Source of the DNA: Octopus vulgaris
Taxonomy: Eukaryota
Assembly: GCA_951406725.2 (NCBI GenBank)
Contig: OX597823.1
Location: 111,042,001 to 111,106,000 of the forward strand
DNA length: 64,000 nucleotides
Direction of reading: 5' to 3'
The position numbers and the translations under genes were made by a program. Positions within the stretch are counted from its first letter, which is position 1; each line of letters opens with the position of its first letter. The notes under the pieces are model-generated. The model saw only the letters and a program-made list of their open reading frames with translations. It did not search any database and was not told the origin of the DNA. This document shows positions 1-11,678 of the stretch, in pieces.

Positions 1-76
1 TACAATAAGCTGAAAAAAGGTAATTTTATAGTTCATGGTTAGCAACAGAGGTTGACCTATATGGAAATAAATATTA

Positions 77-389
77 AAAAATTACGGAATGGAATAGATA
101 AGATCCAGGCTACATATGTTTCATAGCTAGTGAAACCTTGAAAGTAGTAATTTATCTGAATGAGGGGTAGACCATATGCCACACTTCAGGCCAAGGATAC
201 CTTGATTATATGAAATTTATATTGTCATTGGAAGATCCCATGTTAACACGATGGGGATTCAATCAAGATATCCTTGGCCTGAAGAGTACCTTCTGGTCTG
301 CTCCTCATGTGGATGATTCACTACTTCTGAAGTTCTCCTTGCTTTGAAACATATAGCCTGGATTTTTTCTGTTCAATTCCCTAATTTTT
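77..389. repeat. Long imperfect inverted repeat (foldback), arms ~130 bp
   Basis: CTTCAGGCCAAGGATACCTTGATT (184-207) is complementary to AATCAAGATATCCTTGGCCTGAAG (261-284). Pairing continues outward through TGAGGGGTAGACCA/TGGTCTGCTCCTCA, ATCCAGGCTACATATGTTTCA/TGAAACATATAGCCTGGAT and AAAAATTACGGAAT/ATTCCCTAATTTTT. Confidence 0.85.
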
Positions 390-442
390 CAGTTGATCTA
401 TTGATCTATTTATCTATCTGTCTGTCTATCTATCTATCTAAC

Positions 443-650
443 GGGAAGCTTTATGAAAATAAACAAAAGATGAAGGCAGGTGGAGTATAAACAAACAATT
501 GTATTAGTATGGCGCTCAGGAATATAAATAAAACAAGACTTTTACGTTTCGAGCCTACGCTCTTCAACAGAAAGATACACAGAAAAGAAACACAGAGAGA
601 AACACGGAGAGAAAAAAAATGCGTGCAGAAGCTAGCGATTCAACATGGCG
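443..650 (-). mobile_element. Short interspersed element, Penelope pLTR-like, with hammerhead-like motif (family H, copy 1)
   Basis: Reverse-complement homolog of 1676-1860. Minus strand reads CTTT-CTGTTGA-A-GAGC GTAG GCTC-GAAAC-GTA-AAAG. Sits between (TCTA)n and (TA)n tracts. Confidence 0.6.
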
Positions 651-665
651 AACTGCTATCTACCA

Positions 666-667
<2 letters not shown>

Positions 668-720
<53 letters not shown>

Positions 721-759
721 TATATACATACATATATATACATATATATATATACATAC

Positions 760-825
<66 letters not shown>

Positions 826-900
826 TATATATATATGCATATATGCATATGTATACGTACATATTTACATGTATACATATATATATATACATATGCATAT
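668..900. repeat. (TA)n/(CATA)n microsatellite, representative of dozens of such tracts in the window
   Basis: Directly visible; source of the IYIYIY pseudo-ORFs. Confidence 0.95.
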
Positions 901-1400
901 GTGGGCACAGGACATCACAAAACATAAACAACAAATAATACGAAGTACGAGAACATGGAATAAGGACTTTTTTTGCAAACAACAAAAGAAACAAATGGAA
1001 AACAAGACAAGCAACACAAGGAACGACCCTTCATCAGTTGTCGGCTGTTTTTCCAATCCATATTTCGAGCAATTCACGATAAGATACGCCTTTGATAAAA
1101 CAATTGTTCCTGCAAAGCAAATTAAATCAAATTTGCAATCTTGTGGAAGGTCAAGATTGGTGGCAAAAACAGGACAGGCAAAACAAACAGGAAGGGCGGC
1201 TAAGCCTAAACGAGGTTGTGGTGGTGAACGCAAAGAAACAAGTCTGGACAGGAGACAGAGAACAAAACGCCTTCCCTGACCAGCTGAAACAGGAAGAAAG
1301 AAAGAAACACAAGTTAGGAGAATGGCCTATATATGATGGACTCTCCTTTCAAAGACAGTCTATGAGTATTCAGTTTTTGCTGAATAACCTTGACAAATGA
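901..1400 (-). mobile_element. Unclassified interspersed repeat fragment, possibly a PLE-related terminal region
   Basis: A-rich complex island between microsatellites. Minus strand has GCTCGAAAT...CTGATGAAGGG motifs reminiscent of PLE terminal repeats; no recognisable ORF. Confidence 0.3.
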
Positions 1401-1419
1401 TTTGCTTATAGTGATTAAA

Positions 1420-1590
1420 TGTTTGTGCCGCATATTAACTCACACTCTCCATCAAATTCACATTGTCTGACCAGGTGCACAGTGTGCCACACATCAGGTG
1501 TCGAAGTGATTGCAGAGCAAAGGGAGATGAACACAATGCAACACCTGGTCTTGGGATTGAAACCATGATTGTTAGATTGTGATTTCAATA
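1420..1590 (-). mobile_element. Degenerate tRNA-derived SINE fragment (family D-related)
   Basis: GAGCAA...AACACAATGCAACACCTGGTCTTGGGATTGAAACC resembles the head/core of the copies at 12787 and 33460. Confidence 0.4.
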
Positions 1591-1608
1591 TATATGTATG
1601 TATATGCA

Positions 1609-1675
<67 letters not shown>

Positions 1676-1677
<2 letters not shown>

Positions 1678-1860
1678 TGATAGATCGTTAGCCACTACAC
1701 ACATTTTTTTCTCTCCTTGTTTTTTCTGTGTCACTTTCTGTAGAAGAGCCTAGGCTCGAAACGTAAAAGACTTTTACTATTCCTGAGCATTATACTAATA
1801 CATCAGCTTGCTTTGTACACCACCTGTCTTTGTCTTTTGTTTTTTTCATAAACTCTCCCT
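1676..1860 (+). mobile_element. Short pLTR-like element with hammerhead-like motif (family H, copy 2)
   Basis: CTTT-CTGTAGA-A-GAGC CTAG GCTC-GAAAC-GTA-AAAG at 1734-1769; flanked on both sides by (TA)n. Confidence 0.6.
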
Positions 1861-2693
1861 ATATATATATATATGTATGTATGGATATATACACAAACAC
1901 ACAAATACAAAGAGAGAGAGAGAGAGAGTGGTGGGAGACATTGCATAAATACACATGAAAACAGTGGATAATTCAACATGAAATTAGGGAAACATATTTA
2001 AGGTAATCAGTATTTATTGTCTATTCAGTAAAAGCAAATAAAAAGAAAAATGAAAGAAATAGTCAAAAACAAACAAATGAATAAATATATAAAAAAAAAT
2101 AAATGGATTCATCCATGGAAGGTCTTTGATTATTTCCAGTTGGTCATTGTGACAGATGTAGTAAAATGGAGACTGCAGGAACTAATGGCAGATAAATCAG
2201 GTACAAATAAGGTAACAGGTAAAACAAAAAAAAATCGTGATTATGATGGTTATTATGATGATGGGGATGATGATGATGGTTGTGGTGGTGAAGATAAAGG
2301 GGACAACAGTAATGATGGTGATGATGATGCTGATCATGAGATGTTGATGAACATGACAACAATTAAGATGACGATGACAAGAATGACAGCAATGGTAGGG
2401 TGTGTGTGTGTGTGTGTGTTTGGTGATAATGATGTTAATGATGATGATGTTGATAATATCGATGATAATGAATACAGTATATAATGAAAAAAATAAACCA
2501 CCGTTAAGTAGTTTTTTCTGTTTTATATACATACATATGCATATATATACACACACAGATATATATACAAACATATATATATACACACACACATATATAT
2601 ATATACAAATATATATATATATGAATATATATACATATATATGTATTATGTATATAAGAGTATATATGCATATATATATATAAGTATATAAGA

Positions 2694-2725
<32 letters not shown>

Positions 2726-2884
2726 ATATATATATATATACATACACACATATATATATCACTATACACACACACGCATATACATATTGTTTACACTTAT
2801 TTCAGCATGACGAGATGTTGTTTTTTTTTCTTTTCATGTTTTTTCATGCAACGTATTAGAGTTTTACATTAGCGGTGTTTGAGA

Positions 2885-3102
2885 TTAAGCTGAGATTAGA
2901 GATGTGTGAATTAACGGAGAAAGTTCTTTTATCAAAGTGGGAAGGTGGAGGGGGGGAAGATCATAGAAAACTTCTTAATTAGTGGCAGACCTTGATGGTA
3001 CCGCAACCACTTGTGTTGTTTTAGTGAGTTTCAACACATATTATTACATGTAAGTAACTGTCAAATATACATGAGTGGTCTATATATTAGTGTATGTGCA
3101 TA
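2885..3102 (+). repeat. ~218-bp segment duplicated in inverted orientation at 11349-11567
   Basis: Nearly base-for-base reverse complement; differences are confined to a G-rich run and one substitution. Confidence 0.95.
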
Positions 3103-3199
3103 TATATATACATATATATACAAATATATACATAATTACATACATATATAACACACACACACGGTTATACATATATTTGTATATGTGTGTGTAAACATA

Positions 3200-3286
<87 letters not shown>

Positions 3287-3881
3287 TAGTACATACAAAA
3301 TCAAACAAGCACACCTATAAAGATAAACATGTACAAATACACACAGACATGTGTGCATATACACAGAAAACCCCTAAACACATCAGTATATTATATATAT
3401 ATATACATATATACATATACCAGCAGTACATAAACACACGTGCTTGATGAATATACAGATTTCTCTATCATTATTATGTTATGTTATGTGATATATTAGG
3501 AAAAAGATGAAAAAGGTATTAGGAGAGGAGAAAGAACCAACATTTTGAAAGGAAGCCTAGATGAGTCAACAAAAGAAAAAGAAAACGAAACACGAAATAA
3601 ATACCTCCCCACCCTACCTTATCCCCGGATAGAACAACAACAACAACAATAATGAAACTAATCAAGTACTTAAAAGAAGAATAAACAAGCGATATTCCTA
3701 AAGTTTTCTAATTAGTTTTGGTAAGTTTTATTTAACTATTGACGATAAACTTTCTTTTAGATAATGATCTAAGACCATGGTGGAAAAAATATGTATATAT
3801 ATATATATACGATGCATACAAATGTATATATTACTAATATGTGTGTATGTGTGTATGTATACATATATATATAAATATCTA

Positions 3882-3938
<57 letters not shown>

Positions 3939-4202
3939 ATACACACACAAGCACACATGTACATGGACATTGGTATTAAGGTTAGTATATATATGTAAAG
4001 TAAACAGGATTGCATATCAGAACTTCTATAGGAATAAACATATGTCTCTACACTTTATTAACAAAACTGTGTATGGTGTACTTTCATTTGTTTTTGTTTT
4101 TTTGCCAAAATTAAACAAGTGATATCTATATGCATATATGTATATGCATACACACACACTCACATATATATATATCATATTTATATATATATATATAAAT
4201 AC

Positions 4203-4265
<63 letters not shown>

Positions 4266-4518
4266 TATATTTATATACATACATACATATATATATATAT
4301 GTATATGTATGTATATCATGTATATACATATATATGTGTGTATCTATGTATGTATATGTGTGCATATATATCTATATCTCTCTCTATATATATATATGAT
4401 ATAAATATACACACATATGTAAGTATGATGTAGATATATATATAGACATATGCATATATATTTATACATATACAAGCAAATATATGTGTATGTGTATATA
4501 TATATGTGTGTGTATGTG

Positions 4519-4562
<44 letters not shown>

Positions 4563-4769
4563 TGTATGTATGTATGTGTGTATGTGTGTGGGGGGGTTTA
4601 TTATATTCAGTTATATATGTAGACAAAATAAGGTATTTAGATGCTTTGAAAGAAAAAGAAAACAAACAAAAAAGTCTGTCCTTCACATTTGATTGAGTGA
4701 AGGAAGATTAATGTTTCTTAATGCTGCTTGATTAGTGGCAGAGATTGTGTGAGGTTTGTTGTTTTGTGT

Positions 4770-5220
4770 GTTTGTTTAGGGCCTTTGTTCAATTTCCATC
4801 TGTTGCTTTACTAGTTCTTGTTGTATATTTTATGTAGGACCTCTGTGAGTGAAGCAGTGGTTTTGTTTGTTATTGTTGTATGCTTGTTTATAATCCTTGT
4901 GTGTTTCTTGCGATTGATATACTTTTTTTAGGGTCTCAGTATGAGTGATTCTGTTGTGTTGCTTTTTGCAGTTGTATATTTGCTTATGGTCCCTGTATGA
5001 GGGAAACTTTTATTGCTTGTTACTGTTGTGTGGTTTTGTAGGGTCGTTGTGTGAATGTGAATATACAGTGTTTGTTATGTGTTTTTGTGGGGTCTGTGTG
5101 CATTTGGGTCAGTCCTTGTTTACTTTGTGGTTGTAGGGGTTCTATTGTCAGTCTGTATGGTCTTCCTCTGGTGCTCTGAGGATTGTGTAGAATTTGTATG
5201 GGCATGTGTTGTGCTCTGTC
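4770..5220. repeat. Degenerate GT-skewed tandem repeat, ~50-57 bp period
   Basis: TGTAGGGTCTCTG-like motif recurs near 4776, 4833, 4928, 4986, 5037, 5087 and 5132. Confidence 0.45.
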
Positions 5221-5239
5221 AATATTAGTAAGACCTAAA

Positions 5240-5624
5240 GGCCATGAGCTGGCAGAAACATTAGCACGCTGGTCAAAATGCTTAGCGGTATTTCGACTGT
5301 CTTTACATTCTGAGTTCAAATTCTGCCGAGTTCGACTTTGTCTTTCATCTTTTCGGGGTCAATTAAATAAGTACCAGTTACACACTGGGGTCGATATAAT
5401 CGACTTAATCCATTTGTCTGTCCTTGTTTGTCCTTTCTGGGTAGTAAAGAAATAGGTATTTTGCCTGTCTTTACATACTGAGTTCAAATTCAGCCGAGGT
5501 CAACTTTGCCTTTCCTCCTTTCAGGGTCAATAAAATAAGTATCAGTCAAACACTGAACGCAATGTAATTGACTTATCCCTCCCCAAAAACTGCTGGCCTT
5601 GTGCCAAAATTTGAAACCAATATT
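5240..5624 (+). mobile_element. tRNA-derived SINE family B, tandem double-body copy
   Basis: GAGCTGGCAGAAAC A-box-like and GAGTTCAAATTC B-box; core GCCTTTCATCCTTTCGGGGTCGATAAA...AGTACCAG (recalled as Meta-SINE-like). Body repeats after GAAATAGGTATT with a different tail. Confidence 0.85.
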
Positions 5625-6319
5625 AATAACACCTTACTGTTGTTGATGTAGTTATTCTTGTATCGAGGAAACATATACTTAAGGACATTCCATCCATTAC
5701 TATCCTGTGTATTTTTTATTACCAAAACTACACTGTTTGGTACTCTCATTTTATAACACAGTAATGAGTGATTTGTTGGAGAAAAGGTTGATTAATTGTG
5801 TCTTGTTAATGACACAATTAACTATATAAGTTGAAAACCATTGTACCATGTGAGCTACCATGATGAGTGTGTGAAGTGGATTTAAATGAAATATTATACA
5901 AAAATTATCAAGTAAACACTTAGTTTTAGTCTTCTTTCTTGTTTTCAGATGCCTGTAAATATGATTGTTTCAATCTCACATTTTACATTTCATTTCTGGC
6001 TCTTATGGAAATACCCCAAAGGTTTTAAATATCAAACAGGAGCAGTCACTCTAAGAAATGTCCCCATGAAAATGCTTTGTTTTAAGTAATGTTTTGAAAA
6101 AGAATCATGTTTTGAAAACACTTTCATATCAACGTTCTTACAAGAATTAAGGATCCTCCACTTCCAGTCATTCACATGCTACTTAATCCATAGCTGGAAC
6201 CATAACAGGTGCTACTACTCAGAGTCAGAGCAGATCTGGGAACAATAATGGTCCTTGAAACCATGGAAGTCCCATACCAGGGCCCCTTTAAGGGATGCAG
6301 TTAAAGTCATAATCAGACA

Positions 6320-6331
6320 ATAGATTGATAA

Positions 6332-6385
<54 letters not shown>

Positions 6386-6386
6386 C

Positions 6387-6430
<44 letters not shown>

Positions 6431-6536
6431 CATACATACATACATACATACATACATACATACATACATACATACATACATACATACATACATACATACA
6501 TGCATACATACATACATACATACATACATACATACA
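6320..6536. repeat. Compound (GATA)n(CATA)n microsatellite
   Basis: Directly visible. Confidence 0.95.
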
Positions 6537-8162
6537 TGAAAGCACATCTTACAATGACACTTGTACCAAAACACGTCACTAAAGAATATTACAGCCAAAT
6601 AAAAAAGATTTGGTCCTCAGAACTCTCTGAGTTCAATAAAACAGTGGCTCACAATGTGTTTGCAGTGTCAGTGCTCATACGAACATTTGGGCTGCTTGAC
6701 TAAATGCTTGAAAAGATCCAAGCCATTGGTCTTAAAATCCGATAAATACTAACAAGCACACATAATTTCCACATAAACTGTGACATAGCCCGCCTCAGCC
6801 TAAAACGAAAACAAGGCAGCAGAGGCTTAACATCAATCCAAAATGTCTTTGAATGTCGTATCATATCCCTTCAGTAACATCTTTTAATCACGAAGTGTCG
6901 AAGTTCATCCCTTGACCAAGTTTGCATTAACATTATAAAAATTGGAAGGCAGCTCCTTGAGCAAAATTCCTTGTTTGATAACCTAGAATATATGCCCAAA
7001 GAAGTTGCAGAACCCTACCACAATGTATCATGAGATAAAAGGATGAGCCTATATGGGCAGAAGACTATGCATGGATATGTTAGTAGAAAGCTCTGAGATG
7101 ATAGTAACATTGATCATCAAAGCAGTCATATTACTACCTCCCTCTTTGAAGGATATGCATTTGCAATCCAGGAACAGGAAATATCAACCAAATACTTGAT
7201 GCACAAACGGGATAGAAATGCAGGAAAATCTGTAAAATGTGACAACTGATGCAGATTTTGTGGAGCTAACACCAAAGATATGACCCACATCATAAGCAGT
7301 TGTCCAAAAGTGTCATCATGGTACTATCTACTGATGAGACATGATAGTGCAACTAAGACATTCTATAATGAAATCCATCAGAAGGATAAACCCGAGAACA
7401 AACAAATAAGACCCCACAGTATGGTAGAAGACAGCCGTTCATAATAAAAAGGAGAACTGGTGGAATGTTCCAGTGAAGATCTCAATAAAATAAAAGCACA
7501 ACAGACCTGATATAATGATTTGGGATAGAGAAGAGAAACAGCTTACAGTTGTGGAAAAAAGCTGCTCAGTTATAAAACTGAAGATCAGTGAAAAAGAGAA
7601 TACTTATGCTGAACTATTGAGAAATCTGCAGTTGCTCAATCCAGATTACGAATTCAGGTTTAAACCTGTAATTATTGGGTCCCTGGGTTATATAACACAC
7701 TGCCTTAATACCAATCTTGATAAACTAGGCTTCTCAAAACCAGAAAGGAGAAAGCTAATTTGAAGACTACTGATCCAGTCCATCACTGGAACTGTAAAAA
7801 TCTGTAAAACTTTCCAGAAGTTTATTGCTTAAATATATTTGAGCATATCTAGATATGCAAATATATGCATGAGAATACATACATAAAACAAAACATTCAA
7901 ATCTGCACATGTACTCACATACATGTATACATACATAGATTCCTACATACAATACATTCCTACATACATAGATTCCTACATACATAGATTCCTACATACA
8001 TACATACATACATACATACATACATACATACATACATACATACATACAAACAAAAATACCCTGTTATTGATGCTGAAATTTCAATGAAGGGACCTTGGAT
8101 GTTGGTTAGAAACCAATTTTTTCTCTATTGGCAAGAAATCATCAAATAAAACTGAACAATGA
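6537..8162 (+). mobile_element. 5'-truncated, decayed R4/Dong-like non-LTR retrotransposon (RT C-terminus, CCHC finger, restriction-like endonuclease, 3' UTR)
   Basis: Interrupted translation gives FAIQEQEISTKYL, CRFCG..THIISSCP..RHD, WWNVPV..HNRPDIMIWDREEK..VVE and PVIIGSLG. Many stops and frameshifts; flanked by (CATA)n at both ends. Confidence 0.88.
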
Positions 8163-8470
8163 CATATATACACACATACATACATACATAGATATATGCA
8201 CGCACACACACACACACACATACCTACATACACACACACACACATACATAAATACATACATACACACACACATACATACACACATGCATACATTCATACA
8301 TACATACATATATACATACATACATACATACATGCATATATATACTTACATACATACATACACACACACACATACACACATAGATATATGCACACACACA
8401 CACACACACACACATACATACATACATACATACATACATTCATCCATCCATCCATACATACATACATACA

Positions 8471-8504
<34 letters not shown>

Positions 8505-8585
8505 CATACATACATTCATCCATACATACATACATACATACATACATACATACATACATGCCTATATATTCATACGTACATACAT
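8163..8585. repeat. (CATA)n/(CA)n compound microsatellite
   Basis: Directly visible. Confidence 0.95.
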
Positions 8586-9343
8586 AGCAATCTATTTAAT
8601 GTCTAAATTATAATGAAGGAGTCTTGCTTCAGGGTTAGAACTGCTTCCTTTCTCTTTTGGTAAAAATTCAAGAAAGAAACAAAGATGGATGCATGCATGT
8701 AGGTTCATACACACCCATATACATGTACACACTCACACACTCATACACACATATATAAGCATATAGATATTGTCACACATGTTGAAAACATATATAGTAC
8801 ACATTTTTCTTTCTTTTTTAACTATAAACTGGTGGCTTTATTATCTGACTTTTTGTTTGTCATTTTTACAATAACAGAAAAACAGGATCATTTGAGTTCA
8901 ATTTATCAATATAAAAACTATAATGGAGAAAAATGTCAGAAGACAAATAAATATTCATATCACTGCACAAAAAGAAAAAGAAATGAAAGAAAATATTCCA
9001 AAGACAATATATATAATACAATATATAAAAGGTATGTATATTAAAAAGCTAAAAAAAATTATATAAATATAATTTTAATCAAAAACATTTAGTAGTCAGT
9101 ATTTGTGGTTGGGAATTGTTGGAAAATTAGTTGCATAGAGGATGATAATGAAATAGTGAACAGGAAAAAAAAAATATATAAAATTAAGGCAAAACAATGT
9201 TGAAAATATATAATCACAACATAAATAACCATTTTTCAAAATCGAGTTCTTGCAGGTCTTTTGGTGGAGTGATCAGAAGAAAATGTCGTAAACATGTCCA
9301 TTTTCTATTATCTCTGACTGGATAAACATAAACACAGACTCAC

Positions 9344-9628
9344 TGTTTGCTCTGCTTCTTGCACCTTTGAATACATTTGTCTGTCTGCTTCCCAACTACC
9401 AAGACAGTAATTTCAGCTCGAGACATTCATCCCAACCTCATCTCTTATTATTTACGTGAAATAGAAAAATAGCAAGCTGGATAACAATAATAACGATGTT
9501 TTTGATGATTCAATCCAGATTAAATTTGTTTGAGTGCCAACCCAATGATCAACAGTGATTCAGTAGAACCAGGAATTTCCCATCTATTATTCGGACATTG
9601 TGAAAACATCGTTCAATAGTCTTGATTT
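9344..9628 (-). other. Candidate exon with no long ORF
   Basis: Minus-strand acceptor TCTTTCTATGTTAG and donor ACA|GTGAGT around non-repetitive sequence. Confidence 0.2.
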
Positions 9629-9717
9629 CTAACATAGAAAGATGAACATAAGTTTCTAGGAAAGGCGGCAGTCACATTAAATAGAACCCTAGAATGTCAG
9701 TGGTATATATCTATTAA

Positions 9718-10562
9718 CCCCTTAATGGATTATCCCGAATTTACTCGTGCATTGCAAATGTATCTTTTTAGAACCAGACGAGTATACTCGGTGAAAATTA
9801 ACTTTTAATTTTAGTACTCAAATGAGTTTATTTGTTTTGTGTTGTTTCATTTTTGAGCAATCACGAATTTACCTGCATTGTTTAAAAAAAAAAGTATTTT
9901 TTCATTTGAAGGATTTGGCTATCTGGAATGCTTATGTTTTGTATAAAGCAGCTTTGGAAACTTCAGCTTCTGCTATGAAACATCTGAAATTTAGAATGCA
10001 AATAATCACCAAGATTATTGAAAAATATTGTCCCTTATTGCCTCCCATGAAACCAGGAAGACCGTCATCGATCGCACATGCAACAAGATTTGCCCCAGTT
10101 GGTCACTTGCCCATGGAAATACCACCAAATGATAAGAAAATGAACCCTACAAGACAGTGTGCAAAATGTGCAGAGAAGAGAGATGCTAAAGAAAAGAAGA
10201 TTTGAAGAGAAAGCAGATACGTGTGTGATGTCTGCAAAATAACTTTGTGTGTAAATCCTTGTTTTAAAAATTATCATTCTAAATAAGCTATCTCATTATT
10301 AAAAAATTTTCCTTTGTTTTAAAAGCAATACATCTTATAAAAAATCGAAGATAGTTAAGTTATATGTATTTTTACAATGTCCAAGTTAACTCGTGTAAAT
10401 CCAAATGAGTAAAAGTACATTTTAATTTCTATAATAAAAAATAAAGGAAACAAGATAAAAAAACTTTTTTGTAATTAACACAGTGTATATAATTAAAAAA
10501 AGAAATAAAAAAATATGCTCTGAAATGAAACGCCATGTCAAAATAATTATTCCATTAAGGGG
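9718..10562 (+). mobile_element. Internally deleted piggyBac transposon
   Basis: TTAA TSDs at 9714-9717 and 10563-10566; TIRs CCCCTTAATGGA. Retains the transposase C-terminus. Confidence 0.93.
9890..10286 (+). pseudogene. piggyBac (PGBD4-like) transposase C-terminal remnant with Cys-rich domain
   Basis: KKVFFHLKDLAIWNAYVLYK...FRMQII...GRPSS...GHLP...RQCAKC...*RESRYVCDVCKITLCVNPCFKNYHSK*; one in-frame stop at 10203-10205. Confidence 0.88.
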
Positions 10563-10688
10563 TTAAATTTAAAATGAAACAATCCTTATCATCATAATTT
10601 CACATCCACTTCTCCATACTTCAGAAGTTTTTGAAGAAGACTTTCTACAGTTGGATACCTTTCCTGTGGCTAACATATATACATATAA

Positions 10689-10887
10689 GGTGGTGAGCTG
10701 GTAGAATTGTTAACACTCAGGGCTAAATGCTTAGTAGCATTTCGTCTGTCTTTACGTTCTTAGTCAACTCTGCCTTTCATCCTTTCAAGCTCGATAAAAA
10801 GAGTACCAGTTGAATACTGGGGTCAGTGTAAATGACTTACTCCCTTCCCTGAACTTATTGCCCTTATGCCAAAATTTGAAACCAATA
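10689..10887 (+). mobile_element. SINE family B, diverged copy
   Basis: Homologous to 5240-5624; tail GCCCTTATGCCAAAATTTGAAACCAAT. Confidence 0.8.
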
Positions 10888-10898
10888 CATATATATGT

Positions 10899-11292
10899 GG
10901 AGTGGCTGTGTGGCAAGTAGCTTGTTTACCAACCACATGGTTCCGGGTTCAGTCCCACTGTGTGGCATCTTAGGTAAGTGTCTTCTGCTATAGCCTCGGG
11001 CCAACCAAAGCCTTGTGAGTGGATTTGGTAGATGGAAACTGAAAGAAGCCCATCGTATATATGAATATATATATATATATATATGTTTGTATGTGTGTGT
11101 TTGTGTTTGTCCCCCTAGCATTGCTTGACAACCGACGCTGGTGTGTTTACATCCCCATCACTTAGCGGTTCGGCAAAAGAGACCGATAGAATAAGTACTG
11201 GGCTTACAAAGAATAAGTCCCAGGGTCGATTTGCTCAACTAAAGGCAGTGCTCCAGCATGGCCACAGTCAAATGACTGAAACAAGTAAAAGA
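10899..11292 (+). mobile_element. tRNA-derived SINE family A with internal (TA)n(TG)n
   Basis: A-box-like TGGCTGTGTGG, B-box-like GGTTCAGTCCC and tail CAAATGACTGAAACAAGTAAAAG; about 18 copies or fragments in the window. Confidence 0.9.
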
Positions 11293-11348
11293 TATATATA
11301 TACATGTAAAGCACATATTTCATGTCATAACAGGGCATACTTAAAAAC

Positions 11349-11567
11349 TATGCACATAGACTAATATATAGACCACTCATGTATATTTGACAGTTACTTA
11401 CATGTAATAATATGTGTTGAAACTCACTAAAACAACACAAGTGGTTGCGGTACCATCAAGGTCTGCCACTAATTAAGAAGTTTTCTATGATCTTCCCTCC
11501 CTCCTCCCCTTCCCACTTTGATAAAAGAACTTTCTCCGTTAATTCACACATCTCTAATCTCAGCTTA
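11349..11567 (-). repeat. Inverted near-identical copy of 2885-3102
   Basis: Direct comparison of the two sequences. Confidence 0.95.
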
Positions 11568-11575
11568 AAACTTAC

Positions 11576-11617
11576 AGATATATTTGTTTCTAACAGAAAA
11601 CTTTGAAGATGAATGTC
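11576..11617 (-). other. Candidate 42-nt exon
   Basis: TTTTTTTAATGCTGCAG|GACATT...ATATCT|GTAAGT; open in phase 0 and phase 1. Confidence 0.25.
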
Positions 11618-11678
11618 CTGCAGCATTAAAAAAATTGAACATTCTAAAAAAAAAAAGAAAAAGAAATGTAGTAATATG

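Noticed and set aside
509-1279. 256-aa ORF and the many [12 protein letters not shown] ORFs
   Set aside because: Stop-free translations of microsatellites spanning unrelated repeats.
8075-8125. Hammerhead-like CAATGAAGG..GAAAC in the Dong-like 3' UTR
   Set aside because: The core lacks CUGA and there is no NUH site or stem I.
11125-11364. Recurrent MTTDAGVF.. and MLGGQTQT.. ORFs suggesting a gene family
   Set aside because: Incidental frames within SINE family A copies.
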